Shown: positions 9,719-17,790 of the stretch, piece by piece
How positions within the stretch are numbered: position 1 is the stretch's first letter
How the letters are laid out: each line of letters opens with the position of its first letter
Assembly (NCBI GenBank): GCA_001004105.1
Contig: LCQK01000002.1
Coordinates: 75,419-139,418, forward strand
Length of the DNA stretch: 64,000 bases
Direction: 5' to 3'
Source of the DNA: Candidatus Jorgensenbacteria bacterium GW2011_GWB1_50_10
Lineage (GTDB): Bacteria > Patescibacteriota > Minisyncoccia > UBA6257 > GWB1-50-10
Notes under the pieces: generated by a model
The model's database searches: none
What the model saw: only the letters and a program-made list of their open reading frames with translations
What the model was told of the DNA's origin: nothing
Program-made: the position numbers and the translations under genes

Positions 9719-9754
9719 TCACGCCTGTCCATTAGACAGGCGTGATTAGTTTTT
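9719..9754 (+). terminator. Rho-independent terminator (twin of the rnpB terminator)
   Basis: TCACGCCTGTCC-atta-GACAGGCGTGA then TTAGTTTTT. Confidence 0.7.
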
Positions 9755-9812
9755 GACTATTTTCTTGTTCGCGCGAATGAGAAAACAGTCCTGTTTAAGT
9801 TATAATTTCTTT

Positions 9813-10427
9813 ATGTTGAAACGCCCGGAAGTTTTTAATCAACCGGAGTTTAGAGTTTTTAAAAAATTAAACACGCCAGCCAAGGTTCAGAATTTCATAG
9901 ATCGGATGCCGATGAATTTTTATACGACCTGTCGGTCGCCGCTTACAGTGTTGCGGAAGAACCGTGCTTATTGTATCGAGGCGGCGTTTTTGGCGGCGGC
10001 AATTTTCTGGTATCACGGCAAGCCGCCGCTTGTTTTTTGCCTGCAGACGGTTAAACACGACTTTGACCACGTCCTTGCGCTTTTCAAAGAAGGGAATTAC
10101 TGGGGCGCGATTTCCAAAACCAATCATCCTGTTTTGCGCTATCGCGAACCAGTTTATAAAAACGTCCGCGAACTCGCGATGTCTTATTTCCACGAATATT
10201 TCATGAACAACGGTAAAAAGACAATGCGTGGCTATTCCGAACCGCTGGACTTGCGCAAGTTCGGCACCGACTGGCTAGTTTCCGATAAAAATATCTGGCA
10301 TATAGACGATGCTCTCGCCAAAACCAAATATCACAAGATTTTAGACAGGGGAATGATTCGCAGTTTGCGGCGGGCGGATAAAATCGAAATCAAAGCGACC
10401 AAAACGACGCAGTGGAAAAGAAGTTGA
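9813..10427 (+). CDS. Hypothetical protein (possible transglutaminase-like/cysteine-peptidase fold)
   Basis: 204-aa ORF from internal Met MLKRPEVF. Contains a Cys...His...Asp arrangement (CIEAAF...WYHG...DHV). Not confidently assignable. Confidence 0.4.
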   Translation: MLKRPEVFNQPEFRVFKKLNTPAKVQNFIDRMPMNFYTTCRSPLTVLRKNRAYCIEAAFLAAAIFWYHGKPPLVFCLQTVKHDFDHVLALFKEGNYWGAISKTNHPVLRYREPVYKNVRELAMSYFHEYFMNNGKKTMRGYSEPLDLRKFGTDWLVSDKNIWHIDDALAKTKYHKILDRGMIRSLRRADKIEIKATKTTQWKRS

Positions 10428-10479
10428 CTTTTTATATTAAAATGTTAGAATGAAGTCCTGGGTTGCAGTTTCGCCTAAT

Positions 10480-10670
10480 GCACTTTCATAAATGAGTGGG
10501 GAGCCACACGGTAGGCCGGATTAGATACCCGGCGGAGTAAGTAGAAGTTGTGGATCTGTAAGCTCATTGCGATCTGAAAAAGAGGCGGTTTCATTCCCGT
10601 GGCCGCCGAACCCCACTCAGGTATAGCGCTCGGCCGTCCAAATCAACAGGACGGCCTTGCTATTTTTGAA
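10480..10670 (+). ncRNA. Candidate structured small RNA of unknown class, with its own terminator
   Basis: Closing helix TGAGTGGGG...CCCCACTCA, several internal hairpins, and terminator GGCCGTCC-aaatcaacag-GACGGCC then TTGCTATTTTT at 10632-10668. Contains a 13-nt exact match to the 16S motif GGATTAGATACCC. Confidence 0.3.
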
Positions 10671-10727
10671 CCAGATGGTAGTTTAGTTTTAGTCCCGTAT
10701 TCATGGCTCCCTCCAGCGAGGTGCCCA

Positions 10728-10952
10728 ATGCCGCCATTCACCTTAGTTGACCATTCGCGAGAACTCTGCGGGAAGCCGGACATTCCCGAGGAGACCCCGC
10801 GCGAAGTGGTCGAGAGGAAACCCGCCCACTGTCTCTGCTGCGGCTCTGAGATGTCTCTAGAGGACCCCCCAACCGAAGGGCAGATCATTCGTGGCGAGTA
10901 CCGGTTTGTCTGTCCCGTCTGTCCGAGACCAGCCAACCTCGCCGATTTTTGA
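10728..10952 (+). CDS. Small GC-rich zinc-ribbon-like protein (74 aa)
   Basis: CLCCGSEM ... FVCPVCP cysteine pairs. RBS GAGGTG. The longer track ORF from 10599 reads through the upstream sRNA/terminator and is unlikely. Confidence 0.4.
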   Translation: MPPFTLVDHSRELCGKPDIPEETPREVVERKPAHCLCCGSEMSLEDPPTEGQIIRGEYRFVCPVCPRPANLADF

Positions 10953-10969
10953 AAACCCCCGAGCCCCGC

Positions 10970-11012
10970 CGCCAAAGAAAGCCGCGCTTTCTCCGGCGGC
11001 TTTCTTTTCTCT
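10970..11012 (+). terminator. Rho-independent terminator
   Basis: AAAGAAAGCCGC-gctttctccg-GCGGCTTTCTTT then TCT run. Confidence 0.6.
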
Positions 11013-11100
11013 GGGGGCTTTTTGTGATGGGGTTGGTGGAGTTTTTAATATAAACTGCTTGTATTTTGGTTTAAAGACGGCGCAGTGATAAGATGATTTT

Positions 11101-12282
11101 ATGCTGAACAATGAAAGAAGTTTTTATGGATTGGGAATCGCGCCGGGGATACTCGAGGTTCTCAAAAAACTTGGTTTTAAAGTTCCAACCCCCATCCAGG
11201 AGCAGTCAATTCCCATTGCGATTGAAGGGAAAGATTTGATGGGTATTGCCCAGACCGGCACGGGGAAAACCCTCGCTTTCGGCATCCCTCTCATCCAGAA
11301 TCTGCTCCAGAGGAATGGTTTGGGGCTCGTGGTCGCGCCAACGCGCGAGCTTGCAATGCAGATAGACGAAACGCTCCGCAAGGTGGGCACCTCGCTCAAT
11401 CTCCGAACCGCAGTCATAATCGGCGGAGAATCTATCGGTCGGCAGATCCGCGACTTGCACCGCAACCCGCAGTTAATCATCGGCACACCGGGCAGGATTC
11501 TTGACCATATGGCGCAGAGAACGATTTCTTTGAGTAAGACAACCGTGCTTGTTTTGGATGAAGCTGACCGGATGCTTGATATGGGGTTTGCCCCGCAACT
11601 GAAGCGGATTATTTCCGCCCTGCCGCAGGGGAGACAAACGATGCTTTTTTCGGCGACGATGCCGGAAGAAATTGTAAGAATCGCCAAGGCCTACCTGAAA
11701 CTTCCGATAAGAGTAGAAATCGCCCGGTCGGGCACAACCGTTAAAGAAGTAACCCAGGAATTATTTTTTGTGCCGCAACACGACAAACCCCGCCTCATTG
11801 AAAAAATACTGCAGGAATACAAGGGTTCGGTTTTGGTTTTCGCTCGTACGAAATTCAGCGCGAGAAGGATTGCCGCTCATCTGCGGGCGCTTGGGCACGC
11901 GGCTTCCGAAATTCACGGAAATCGCTCCCTTAGCCAAAGAAAGGAAGCGCTCCAAGGATTTAAAACCGGAAGATTCAGAGTGCTTGTGGCAACCGACATC
12001 GCCGCCCGGGGCATAGACGTTACCAATATTGAACTTGTTTTGAATTACGACCTGCCGCAGAGCGCCGAGGATTACGTGCACCGCATCGGCCGCACGGCCC
12101 GCGCGGGCGCCGGGGGACACGCGATTTCCTTTGCCCGGCCGGACCAGAGGAGAGACGTGATTCAAATCGAGCGGCTTATCCAAAAAGCTCTGCCGGTTTC
12201 AAGAACCCCGGGATTGCCTCTACCTCCGCCGCCGCAAAGAGAGCGTTCTTTCGGAAGGAATAAGTGGAGAGGTCGTCATTAA
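11101..12282 (+). CDS. DEAD-box ATP-dependent RNA helicase
   Basis: Q-motif region, GIAQTGTGKTLAF (motif I), DEAD, SAT, HRIGRTARAG (motif VI). Confidence 0.9.
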   Translation: MLNNERSFYGLGIAPGILEVLKKLGFKVPTPIQEQSIPIAIEGKDLMGIAQTGTGKTLAFGIPLIQNLLQRNGLGLVVAPTRELAMQIDETLRKVGTSLNLRTAVIIGGESIGRQIRDLHRNPQLIIGTPGRILDHMAQRTISLSKTTVLVLDEADRMLDMGFAPQLKRIISALPQGRQTMLFSATMPEEIVRIAKAYLKLPIRVEIARSGTTVKEVTQELFFVPQHDKPRLIEKILQEYKGSVLVFARTKFSARRIAAHLRALGHAASEIHGNRSLSQRKEALQGFKTGRFRVLVATDIAARGIDVTNIELVLNYDLPQSAEDYVHRIGRTARAGAGGHAISFARPDQRRDVIQIERLIQKALPVSRTPGLPLPPPPQRERSFGRNKWRGRH

Positions 12283-12331
12283 TCCGGTTTTGATGGGACG
12301 CCTGGCTATTTAACCGTAATCGTGGTAGAAT

Positions 12332-12760
12332 GTGATTTCTATGGGTTTACTGACTAAAAATAGATTCGACTTGGACAAAAAGTTTAAAAAGGTTTTAAAA
12401 ACACCGGCAAGCTACGCTTTTTTTATCGCTATCCATGATTTTGTCAAATACATAGAGTTGAATCCGGTTCTCTCCGATGGTCTCTCGCAATGCATTAAAA
12501 CGAATCAGGAATCAAATATTGCGACCAAATACGCCAATTTAAAGCAGGTTTATCAGGGAATGGAAGATGTTGCCTCCAGCAGCCGGCCAGGCGGCGACTT
12601 GGGTCATCAAAGATATATGGCTATTCTCGATTTAAACCGGATTCAGAACAAGGAAGTTTCCGAGAATAATTCGTTTTGGAAAAAAAGAGAATTATTCAGA
12701 AAATCAATAGTGGAAATTCAAGAAAGATTGAATCTGCATTTTTCCCGGTCTAAAAGCTAA
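12332..12760 (+). CDS. Hypothetical protein
   Basis: 142-aa ORF followed by terminator AACGCCGTTCC-atttcatcg-GGACGGCGTT TTGGGTTT at 12786-12830. Confidence 0.4.
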   Translation: MISMGLLTKNRFDLDKKFKKVLKTPASYAFFIAIHDFVKYIELNPVLSDGLSQCIKTNQESNIATKYANLKQVYQGMEDVASSSRPGGDLGHQRYMAILDLNRIQNKEVSENNSFWKKRELFRKSIVEIQERLNLHFSRSKS

Positions 12761-12940
12761 GGCCGGTATCCGATTTCAAACTCAACGCCGTTCCATTTCA
12801 TCGGGACGGCGTTTTGGGTTTGTAAATAACTATTGGCTAATTCGCACGAATTAGCCGATGGACTCTTTCACCGTTCCGGGGGCTTTTCGGGATGGGGTTG
12901 TGTTTGGGTGGTTCGGTTTAAGATATGATAAAATGAACTT

Positions 12941-13906
12941 ATGAATCCGAGAATAACCGCGAAAGATTTCTTTTTACATATAGGGACTATTACTCTTCTC
13001 TATGTCGGTACGGTGGCGCTTCTGAACCTCTTATTCAGAGTGATTAACGTAGCCTTCCCTCAGGTTAATCAATACGGGTACTATTCCGGGCCGATAAGTC
13101 TGCCCGTCGCCACGCTCATCGTGGTTTTCCCGCTCTTTCTTTTTTTGGCCAGCATTCTTCGCCGGAGCTACAAAGAGGATCCCAGCCGAAAAGAATATCC
13201 CGTGCGCAAATGGCTTATATATATCAGCCTTTTCGCGGCCGGAGCGGTGCTTGCCGGCGACCTCGTTACCGTCATTTACTACTTCCTGGACGGTCGGGAA
13301 CTCACCACTGGTTTCGTTTTGAAGATTCTGGCCGTGTTCGTGGTGATAGGGGGCATTTTCGGCTACTTCACGGATGACCTTAAAGACCGCCTTACCGGTG
13401 GTCGCCGGAATTTTTGGAGAATAGCGGCTGCCGTTCTTGTTCTAGGTTCCATTGTGGCGGGGTTTACGGTAATCGGGTCCCCTCGCACTCAGCGTTTGCT
13501 CCGCTACGATTCCCAGAAAATTTCTGATCTTCAGGCCATCCAGTGGCAGGTCGTTAACTATTGGCAGCAAAAAGAAACTCTGCCGCCCTCGCTTGCCGCG
13601 CTTGAGAATCCGCTACAAGGGAGCGTAGTCCCCACTGATCCCGAAACCAAAGAGCCGTACGAGTATCGCATCAAAGACATTAGCAATCGTGTTTTCGAAC
13701 TCTGCGCCACTTTTGCCCTGTCTTCGCGCGAGCTTGTGGAGCGCGGCTTGTCAGGGATGGACGGGGAAGTGAGTAAACCCTATCCTGCGTATCCTGCGGG
13801 CAACGGATTCGATGATTCTCCATATTTCAAGCATGAAGCCGGCAGGCAATGCTTCGAACGGACGATTGATCCGGATCTTTTTCCGCCCTTCGAAAAGCGC
13901 CTCTAA
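12941..13906 (+). CDS. Polytopic membrane protein with a C-terminal type-II-secretion pseudopilin (GspG)-like segment
   Basis: Multiple hydrophobic helices. C-terminal QWQVVNYWQQKETLPPSLAAL resembles the GspG/pilin globular-domain motif. Confidence 0.5.
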   Translation: MNPRITAKDFFLHIGTITLLYVGTVALLNLLFRVINVAFPQVNQYGYYSGPISLPVATLIVVFPLFLFLASILRRSYKEDPSRKEYPVRKWLIYISLFAAGAVLAGDLVTVIYYFLDGRELTTGFVLKILAVFVVIGGIFGYFTDDLKDRLTGGRRNFWRIAAAVLVLGSIVAGFTVIGSPRTQRLLRYDSQKISDLQAIQWQVVNYWQQKETLPPSLAALENPLQGSVVPTDPETKEPYEYRIKDISNRVFELCATFALSSRELVERGLSGMDGEVSKPYPAYPAGNGFDDSPYFKHEAGRQCFERTIDPDLFPPFEKRL

Positions 13907-13908
13907 CC

Positions 13909-14376
13909 TTATAGTAGCGGTTCGTATTCAAATCGGTCCTGTTTGGTCATTCCTTGGTTGTAGTAGTACCGGCCGCGAATCTTCTGTCCTGAAAAGACAA
14001 GCGGCAGCCAATCCCTGTCCGCGGCCCACATGCGGTCATATGGCGGATTGCCGATATCGTAAGGTTCGGGAGCGGCCATTTCCTCCGTCTCGCGAAATTC
14101 GCCCCGCCAATTACGGCAGAAAAAAATGTAGCACTCGAAGAGGTGAGTATCTCCCTCGAAGAAGTCAATAACCGCAACTTTTTCCAGGCCTTCTGGGGAA
14201 GTCGTAACGCCGCCTTCTTCGTTCATTTCCCGAACGGCCGTATTTTCAACCGTCGTGTCTCCGGGTTTCTTTTTTCCGCCGTAGCCGTTCAGATACCCTT
14301 TTCCGAAGCCCCGCTTCTTATTGGAAAGAAAAACGCGGCTATCCCGCACGGGAAAACAAATAGTGCTTATTTCCAT
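13909..14376 (-). CDS. Nudix hydrolase (MutT-like)
   Basis: Nudix box GGKKKPGDTTVENTAVREMNEEGG (GX5EX7REUXEEXGU). Confidence 0.7.
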   Translation of the reverse strand: MEISTICFPVRDSRVFLSNKKRGFGKGYLNGYGGKKKPGDTTVENTAVREMNEEGGVTTSPEGLEKVAVIDFFEGDTHLFECYIFFCRNWRGEFRETEEMAAPEPYDIGNPPYDRMWAADRDWLPLVFSGQKIRGRYYYNQGMTKQDRFEYEPLL

Positions 14377-14385
14377 ACCTTTTGG

Positions 14386-15147
14386 TTATAAATACCCGAC
14401 TTTTTTGAGCCAATCCACGTTCTCCCATTCCCAAAGCTTCTTCGCGCCCAAAAACGCCTCAAAGTCCTCCTGCCAGTAGGGGAATTCCTGCAGTTCTATC
14501 CGGCCTTCCACCGGCCCCCATTCGTGAGTGCACGCCTGCATGAAGGCGTTACCCCATTGGGTTTTGATTTTGTCCCGGCCGCCCTTGCTCCGCAATATCG
14601 CCCCGCAGTGGACGCAGGAACGGCTCTGGTCAATCCGCAAAATCCACCGGGTTTCCAGATTTTTCACCGCCTCTTTCATCGCCGCCATGTAAGCCGAGGT
14701 CTGGAGATTGTAGTCGCGGTAGATTTCCTGCGAGGTCTTAATGTCCAAAATGCCGAGCTTGCCGTCAATCAAGGCGATGGCGTCGAGCGTCCCGGCGTAA
14801 CGGTGTTCGTAATTTACCAGCCGTTTTTCAACGAACTGCGGGTCAACTTGAATGTGTTTGGAGAGCATGAATTCCAGGAAGGCCTTTATGGATGGCTGGA
14901 TTTGGGCGGGGATAGCCGGCTTTTCGCCGACCAGAATCTTTTCCACCGCCTCGTGGATCATCGTGCCCTCGGTTGCGGACTTTTGCTTGATTTTTTCGCC
15001 TTCGGCGAAATTATTCATCCCGGCGTAGAAGCGGTAAAGGGCCGGTTTGGACTTGATTTCCACTATTTTTGTGACGCGGGGATACCAGAATCCGTCAATT
15101 TCATAGCCGCAGAGAGATTTAAAATGCTTTTCGTCCTGGTAATACAT
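14386..15147 (-). CDS. PD-(D/E)xK-family nuclease (RecB/Cas4-like fold) with terminal Cys cluster
   Basis: GTLDAIALIDGKLGILDIKTS (D...D/E-x-K). N-terminal Cys plus C-terminal CVHCG...C...H cluster reminiscent of Cas4/AddB-type Fe-S nucleases. Confidence 0.5.
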   Translation of the reverse strand: MYYQDEKHFKSLCGYEIDGFWYPRVTKIVEIKSKPALYRFYAGMNNFAEGEKIKQKSATEGTMIHEAVEKILVGEKPAIPAQIQPSIKAFLEFMLSKHIQVDPQFVEKRLVNYEHRYAGTLDAIALIDGKLGILDIKTSQEIYRDYNLQTSAYMAAMKEAVKNLETRWILRIDQSRSCVHCGAILRSKGGRDKIKTQWGNAFMQACTHEWGPVEGRIELQEFPYWQEDFEAFLGAKKLWEWENVDWLKKVGYL

Positions 15148-15209
15148 TCCGATGACTAATCATAGCAACGGTTTGCCCCCATAACAAGCAGATTTTTCAA
15201 ATGATGTTG

Positions 15210-15245
15210 ACATGGAAATTAAAAAATTGTAATTTATACTCAAGC
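15210..15245 (+). promoter_or_regulatory. Sigma70-like promoter upstream of the GC-rich ORF
   Basis: TTGACA ... TAATTT/TATACT with about 17-nt spacing. RBS AGGAGGG before the ATG at 15328. Confidence 0.4.
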
Positions 15246-15327
15246 TTAAGCTGGGGTCGGACGACCTTTAACAGCTTGAAGCGGCAGCACCTTTCCATAT
15301 CGTGTGCCCGAAACCTAGGAGGGTAAA

Positions 15328-15816
15328 ATGGCACGAAGACTGGAAGGCCGGACATTCTGCGAGTGTCACAACAACGGCGTGACGGCTCTCGCGATGGAAG
15401 AGGCCGTTGCTGAACTCGACCGACTCTTTGAGATCGGGGCAGCAATTTCGACTCTCGGCCAAATTGGTCATGACGAGAGAACCGCAGTCAATCGCGCTCT
15501 CGACCGTCTCCGTCTGCCCATCTTTACTTTCGCCAGAGAAGAACGGGTGAGGGACGAACCGTGGTTCACCGGTGATTTCCGGCTATATCAGGTTCTCTGT
15601 GATTACGTCAGAGATGCGGGCGGTTCCCAGTGGCCGGGGCATTTCTACGTGCCGTTCTCGAACGGCATTGAGATGGGTCACCGTGGTCTTCAGGCGATGT
15701 GCGACGAACTTCAGTTCGTCACGACACGTCAGCAGTTCCGCGACGTTTTCGGAATTTCCTACGACGAGCTCGTGGAGCGCGTTCTGGAGGCCGAGCAAGG
15801 CAGGGGAGCTCCGTAA
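15328..15816 (+). CDS. Hypothetical protein (GC-rich, atypical codon usage)
   Basis: 162-aa ORF with strong RBS. About 57% GC versus about 47% for neighbours. Terminator-like hairpin follows. Confidence 0.4.
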   Translation: MARRLEGRTFCECHNNGVTALAMEEAVAELDRLFEIGAAISTLGQIGHDERTAVNRALDRLRLPIFTFAREERVRDEPWFTGDFRLYQVLCDYVRDAGGSQWPGHFYVPFSNGIEMGHRGLQAMCDELQFVTTRQQFRDVFGISYDELVERVLEAEQGRGAP

Positions 15817-15951
15817 TACGACGCAAGAAGTAGCGCAACAGCCCTGTTCGGTCACCGACCGGCGGGGCTTTTGCTTTTTAGATTTTATAAAATATGTCGT
15901 TTTACCTGCTATCGCTGTTAAAACTGCACATTTTTTTTCGCACGGCAAGCG

Positions 15952-15967
15952 CTATGACATGTCATAG
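15952..15967. repeat. Perfect palindrome CTATGACATGTCATAG
   Basis: Read directly. Shares the TATGAC-N4-GTCATA core with the palindromes at 25690, 27501 and 27926. Confidence 0.7.
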
Positions 15968-15988
15968 TATTTATTAATCGCCATAAAG

Positions 15989-17380
15989 TTATTTTTTGAG
16001 CAATGAATCGGTGTAGTTCACAATATCGCCGGCGCCCATCATTACCACAATAGGGGATAGGTTATAGGTGATAGGTTTTAGGAGTTCTTTAATTTTGGTT
16101 CTGATTATTTTTGGGTTATTCAAGTAAAAAACTTTCAGCGTTTTTGCTCTTTGCGATATGCGCTTTGCGAGGTCAGCCGACGTGTAGCCCCTGTGGGGTT
16201 TGTCGCGGCCAGCGACTTGATAAATCGGCAGCAAGAACAAATAATCGGCCGAATCAAAGGCGGAAATGAAATCTTTGAACAAGTTTTGGGTGCGGTGGGC
16301 CTGGTGTGGCTGGAAGACGCAGATTATTTTCTTTTTGGGGAATTTCTCGCGGAAGGCCTGGAGAGTAGCTTTGATTTCGGTGGGGTGGTGGGCGTAGTCG
16401 TCGTAGACGGGAATTTTAGGTTGTAGGTGATAGGTTGTAGGTGATAGATAACCCCTAAATTCCATTCGGCGCCAGGCGCCGCGGTACGAGCCCAGAGCTT
16501 TCAATATTATCTGCTCTTTAATGCCGAGCGCGCGGGCGAGCGTGAAAACAGCGAGAGCATTGGAAACATTATGTTGCCCTGGGATTTTTAAAACCCTTTT
16601 TATTTTATGGTAGGCGCTATAATTAATTATAGCGCCGTACCAGATTACTTTGAAGTTTTTACGTTTTGCGATTTTTTGGATTTTGGATTTTAAACTGTGG
16701 AGGTTTTTATCATCCCGGTTCGCGATTAAAATGCCGCCGGATTTTATATTCCCGATGAATTTGAGAAATGACTTTTTGACGTTTGCTAAATTTTTGTAAA
16801 CGTCCAAATGCTCCCTATCAATGTTCGTGATGACAGCGTAAGTGGGGGAGTAGTTATGAAAAGAGGCCTTCCATTCGTCCGCTTCAAGGGTGAGGTAGTC
16901 GCTCTTGCCGTTCCGGAAATTGGAATTGCCGAACTCTTTAAGCCGGGTGCCGACGATAACCGTCGGGTCCAGACCGGTTTTCATAAGAACGAGCGAGGTT
17001 AAAGCCGTCGTCGTGCTCTTGCCGTGGGCGCCGGCAACGGCAATGGTTTTATATGCCTTAGTCAAGGCCCCAAGCATTTGGGGATAAGTGAAAGCAGGGA
17101 TGTCCCGGCGCCTCGCTCCCCTTAATTCGGGGTTTTCCGGGGTAATAGCTTGGTTATAGACGACCAAAGCGGTTTTGGGGCTGATATTGGCTTTTTTATG
17201 CCCAATTTTGAGTTTTAAGCCCTTCTTTTGGAGCTTTCGGAGTAAATCACTCGGGGCGATATCAGACCCGGAAATAGCCCAATTTTGGGCTAAAAACCAC
17301 TGCGCCAAAGCGCTAATGCCGATTCCACCCACGCCGATAAAGTGGGCCAAGGGTTTATTTAAAGGGGAGAGGTTTTTCAT
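15989..17380 (-). CDS. murC: UDP-N-acetylmuramate--L-alanine ligase
   Basis: HFIGVGGIGISALAQ, GAHGKSTTTAL, EADEW, DDYAHHPTEI. Contains embedded repeats at 16054-16084, 16415-16460 and 16613-16636. Confidence 0.85.
   Translation of the reverse strand: MKNLSPLNKPLAHFIGVGGIGISALAQWFLAQNWAISGSDIAPSDLLRKLQKKGLKLKIGHKKANISPKTALVVYNQAITPENPELRGARRRDIPAFTYPQMLGALTKAYKTIAVAGAHGKSTTTALTSLVLMKTGLDPTVIVGTRLKEFGNSNFRNGKSDYLTLEADEWKASFHNYSPTYAVITNIDREHLDVYKNLANVKKSFLKFIGNIKSGGILIANRDDKNLHSLKSKIQKIAKRKNFKVIWYGAIINYSAYHKIKRVLKIPGQHNVSNALAVFTLARALGIKEQIILKALGSYRGAWRRMEFRGYLSPTTYHLQPKIPVYDDYAHHPTEIKATLQAFREKFPKKKIICVFQPHQAHRTQNLFKDFISAFDSADYLFLLPIYQVAGRDKPHRGYTSADLAKRISQRAKTLKVFYLNNPKIIRTKIKELLKPITYNLSPIVVMMGAGDIVNYTDSLLKK
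16613..16636. repeat. Perfect 24-nt palindrome GGCGCTATAATTAATTATAGCGCC inside murC (encodes GAIINYSA)
   Basis: Read directly. Identical copy inside murG at 23222-23245. Confidence 0.85.
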
Positions 17381-17514
17381 GGTATTTTCAGAAACTTGTC
17401 CTGACGCATAATAGTTCTTTTACGACGTATATGTTCCTTTAGGAACTATGCGTCGTAAAAGATGGCGTTCGTTTTACAACGGTTTTATCAGCCATCGTAA
17501 AACGAACTTGCCTA

Positions 17515-17790
17515 CTACTTCTTCACTAACTCAATAATCCATTTAATTATCCCGATGAAAAATTCGAATAATGCAACGAGCAAACCGCCGAGCCAGGAGA
17601 CGATCCTCCTTAAATCCAGTCCGAAGCGGTCTTGGAGCCAGTTATTAGCCGTGTTCCAGGCCTCGGTGAGGCCGGTTAAGACGTTCGATGGGAAGAGAAA
17701 ATTCAAAATCGTACTAACGTCAATCCCCTGCCCGTAAGCCAAAATCGGCAGAGAAAATATTATTAAAGTTATTGTGATAATTTTTATCAT
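17515..17790 (-). CDS. Small hypothetical secreted/membrane protein
   Basis: Signal-peptide-like N-terminus IITITLIIFSLPILAYG. Last gene of the minus-strand operon. Confidence 0.35.
   Translation of the reverse strand: MIKIITITLIIFSLPILAYGQGIDVSTILNFLFPSNVLTGLTEAWNTANNWLQDRFGLDLRRIVSWLGGLLVALFEFFIGIIKWIIELVKK

Noticed and set aside
9098-9722. Cluster of mutually overlapping ORFs on both strands (9098-9385, 9108-9308, 9254-9517, 9348-9722, 9449-9679)
   Set aside because: Only the + strand ATP-cone frame (9391-9699) and the short signal-peptide ORF (9133-9279) have RBS/terminator context. The rest are Arg/Ala-rich antisense or out-of-frame artefacts of a GC-rich stretch.
10520-10532. 13-nt exact match to the 16S rRNA motif GGATTAGATACCC as evidence of a 16S fragment
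   Set aside because: Flanking sequence does not align to 16S on either side. Treated as part of a candidate sRNA, not an rRNA remnant.
10599-10727. N-terminal extension of the zinc-ribbon ORF (track start 10599)
   Set aside because: The frame reads through the candidate sRNA and its terminator. The internal ATG at 10728 has an RBS.
14524-15159. 211-aa plus-strand ORF
   Set aside because: It is antisense to the PD-(D/E)xK nuclease gene and its translation is low-complexity.
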